A stretch of DNA of 63,173 nucleotides, counting the filler, from Octopus bimaculoides (taxonomy: Eukaryota): the NCBI RefSeq assembly GCF_001194135.2. It is 3 parts of 3 records of this genome, joined end to end, with 100 filler letters (N's around TTAATTAATTAA, not from the genome) between each part and the next. Parts side by side here need not be neighbours in the genome. Positions count along the whole stretch, not along the records: positions 51,234 to 63,173 come from NC_068987.1; 2 more parts are not named here. One strand, 5' to 3'. Made by a program: the position numbers and the translations under genes. This document shows, in pieces, positions 62,214-63,173 of the stretch. Position 1 is the first letter of the stretch. Every line of letters starts with the position of its first letter. The notes under the pieces were generated by a model. The model saw only the letters and a program-made list of their open reading frames with translations, was not told the DNA's origin and did no database searches.

Positions 62214-62690
62214 ATAATAATAATAATAATAATAATAATAAGGATAAAATCCAAAATTACAGGTAAAGACTCAATTAAAATCAATTTATTAAAAATTAAA
62301 ATTAAATTAAGTTTCACAGTATAAAATATAAATATATAGTTTTAGGGATAAGAACCAAGGTTCATGAACTCATCGATGAAAATCCAGTCACATATAGAAA
62401 ATTAATAAGTAAAAGCACAATAAATGAGTATAATATAATACAAAGTAAATATCATAAGATAAAGATAATCTAGAACATTTATAAATGTTCTAAATTATAC
62501 AGAGCCTTGGTTTTTATTATCTCATTACGAAAAGTAAATCCCTATATACACACACTGATATATGATCTACGTTGGAACCCCTTATTCGCATAACCACCGA
62601 ACCTGGAGCTTAACTGGTCTTTCCATAGCACTTACTCAGCATTACCTGAAACCTCTGGGTCTATTTGACACCACTATCGCTCATAACCTT

Positions 62691-62794
<104 letters not shown>

Positions 62795-62959
62795 AATAGA
62801 TAGATATATAGATACATGTAATACCGTGTATTCGCGTGTGCGCATATATGAACAAAACTGCTTGCCAGCTTGTGTTTGTGAGTGATAGTCTGAGTGTGTT
62901 TTACGCGTGTACATGTGAATGTGTGTGTGCATATGTATGTATATATATATATAATACAA

Positions 62960-63173
62960 AGAATATATATACATGTATACACACATATATGTACATACTT
63001 ACATCTACATGTGTATATACATGCATATCAGGGTACAGGACGTTAGAACAATAAACTACAGACAACGGAACGAACACATAGGAAAACGGAAAGCCCCTTG
63101 GAATATCCCTTCATCAGCTGTCTCTATTCTATCCAGACGTTTCGAAGACCAGACAGGACGTACTCTAGAATAG
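62960..63173 (-). mobile_element. split-hammerhead repeat family, copy C (cut by the window edge)
   Basis: Minus strand CTGTCTGGTCTTC-GAAA-CGTC-...-AGACAG-CTGATGA-A-GGG-atat-TCC ... GTCCTGTACCCTGATATGCATG. Confidence 0.72.

Overview
AT-rich, gap-ridden (about 18 N-runs) animal genomic DNA saturated with microsatellites and decayed transposons. The SINE families and repeat density point to an octopus/coleoid genome; this is my inference. No host protein-coding gene can be called with confidence; there are only a few unrecognised exon-like segments on the minus strand. Nearly all ORFs in the track are microsatellite or N-gap artefacts. Recognisable elements: two nested mariner relics (12.56-14.35 kb), a Tc1 relic (37 kb), a CR1-clade LINE with a 506-aa open RT frame (57-59.9 kb), a second CR1 3' fragment with an inverted tail (18.4-19 kb), RTE-type 3' ends (one with three degenerate C2H2 fingers), an R4/Dong C-terminal fragment beside (TAA)n, a probable non-autonomous Helitron, a fold-back MITE and about 20 tRNA-derived SINE pieces of three families. 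The most interesting signal is a set of short repeats carrying hammerhead-ribozyme-like motifs (Penelope/retrozyme-like). These include two well-folded minimal type I motifs with non-canonical cores, a 176-bp terminally redundant monomer, and a 'permuted' GAAA...CUGAUGA arrangement seen in four copies. Coordinates of decayed elements are approximate (about 10-20 bp); nothing was database-searched.
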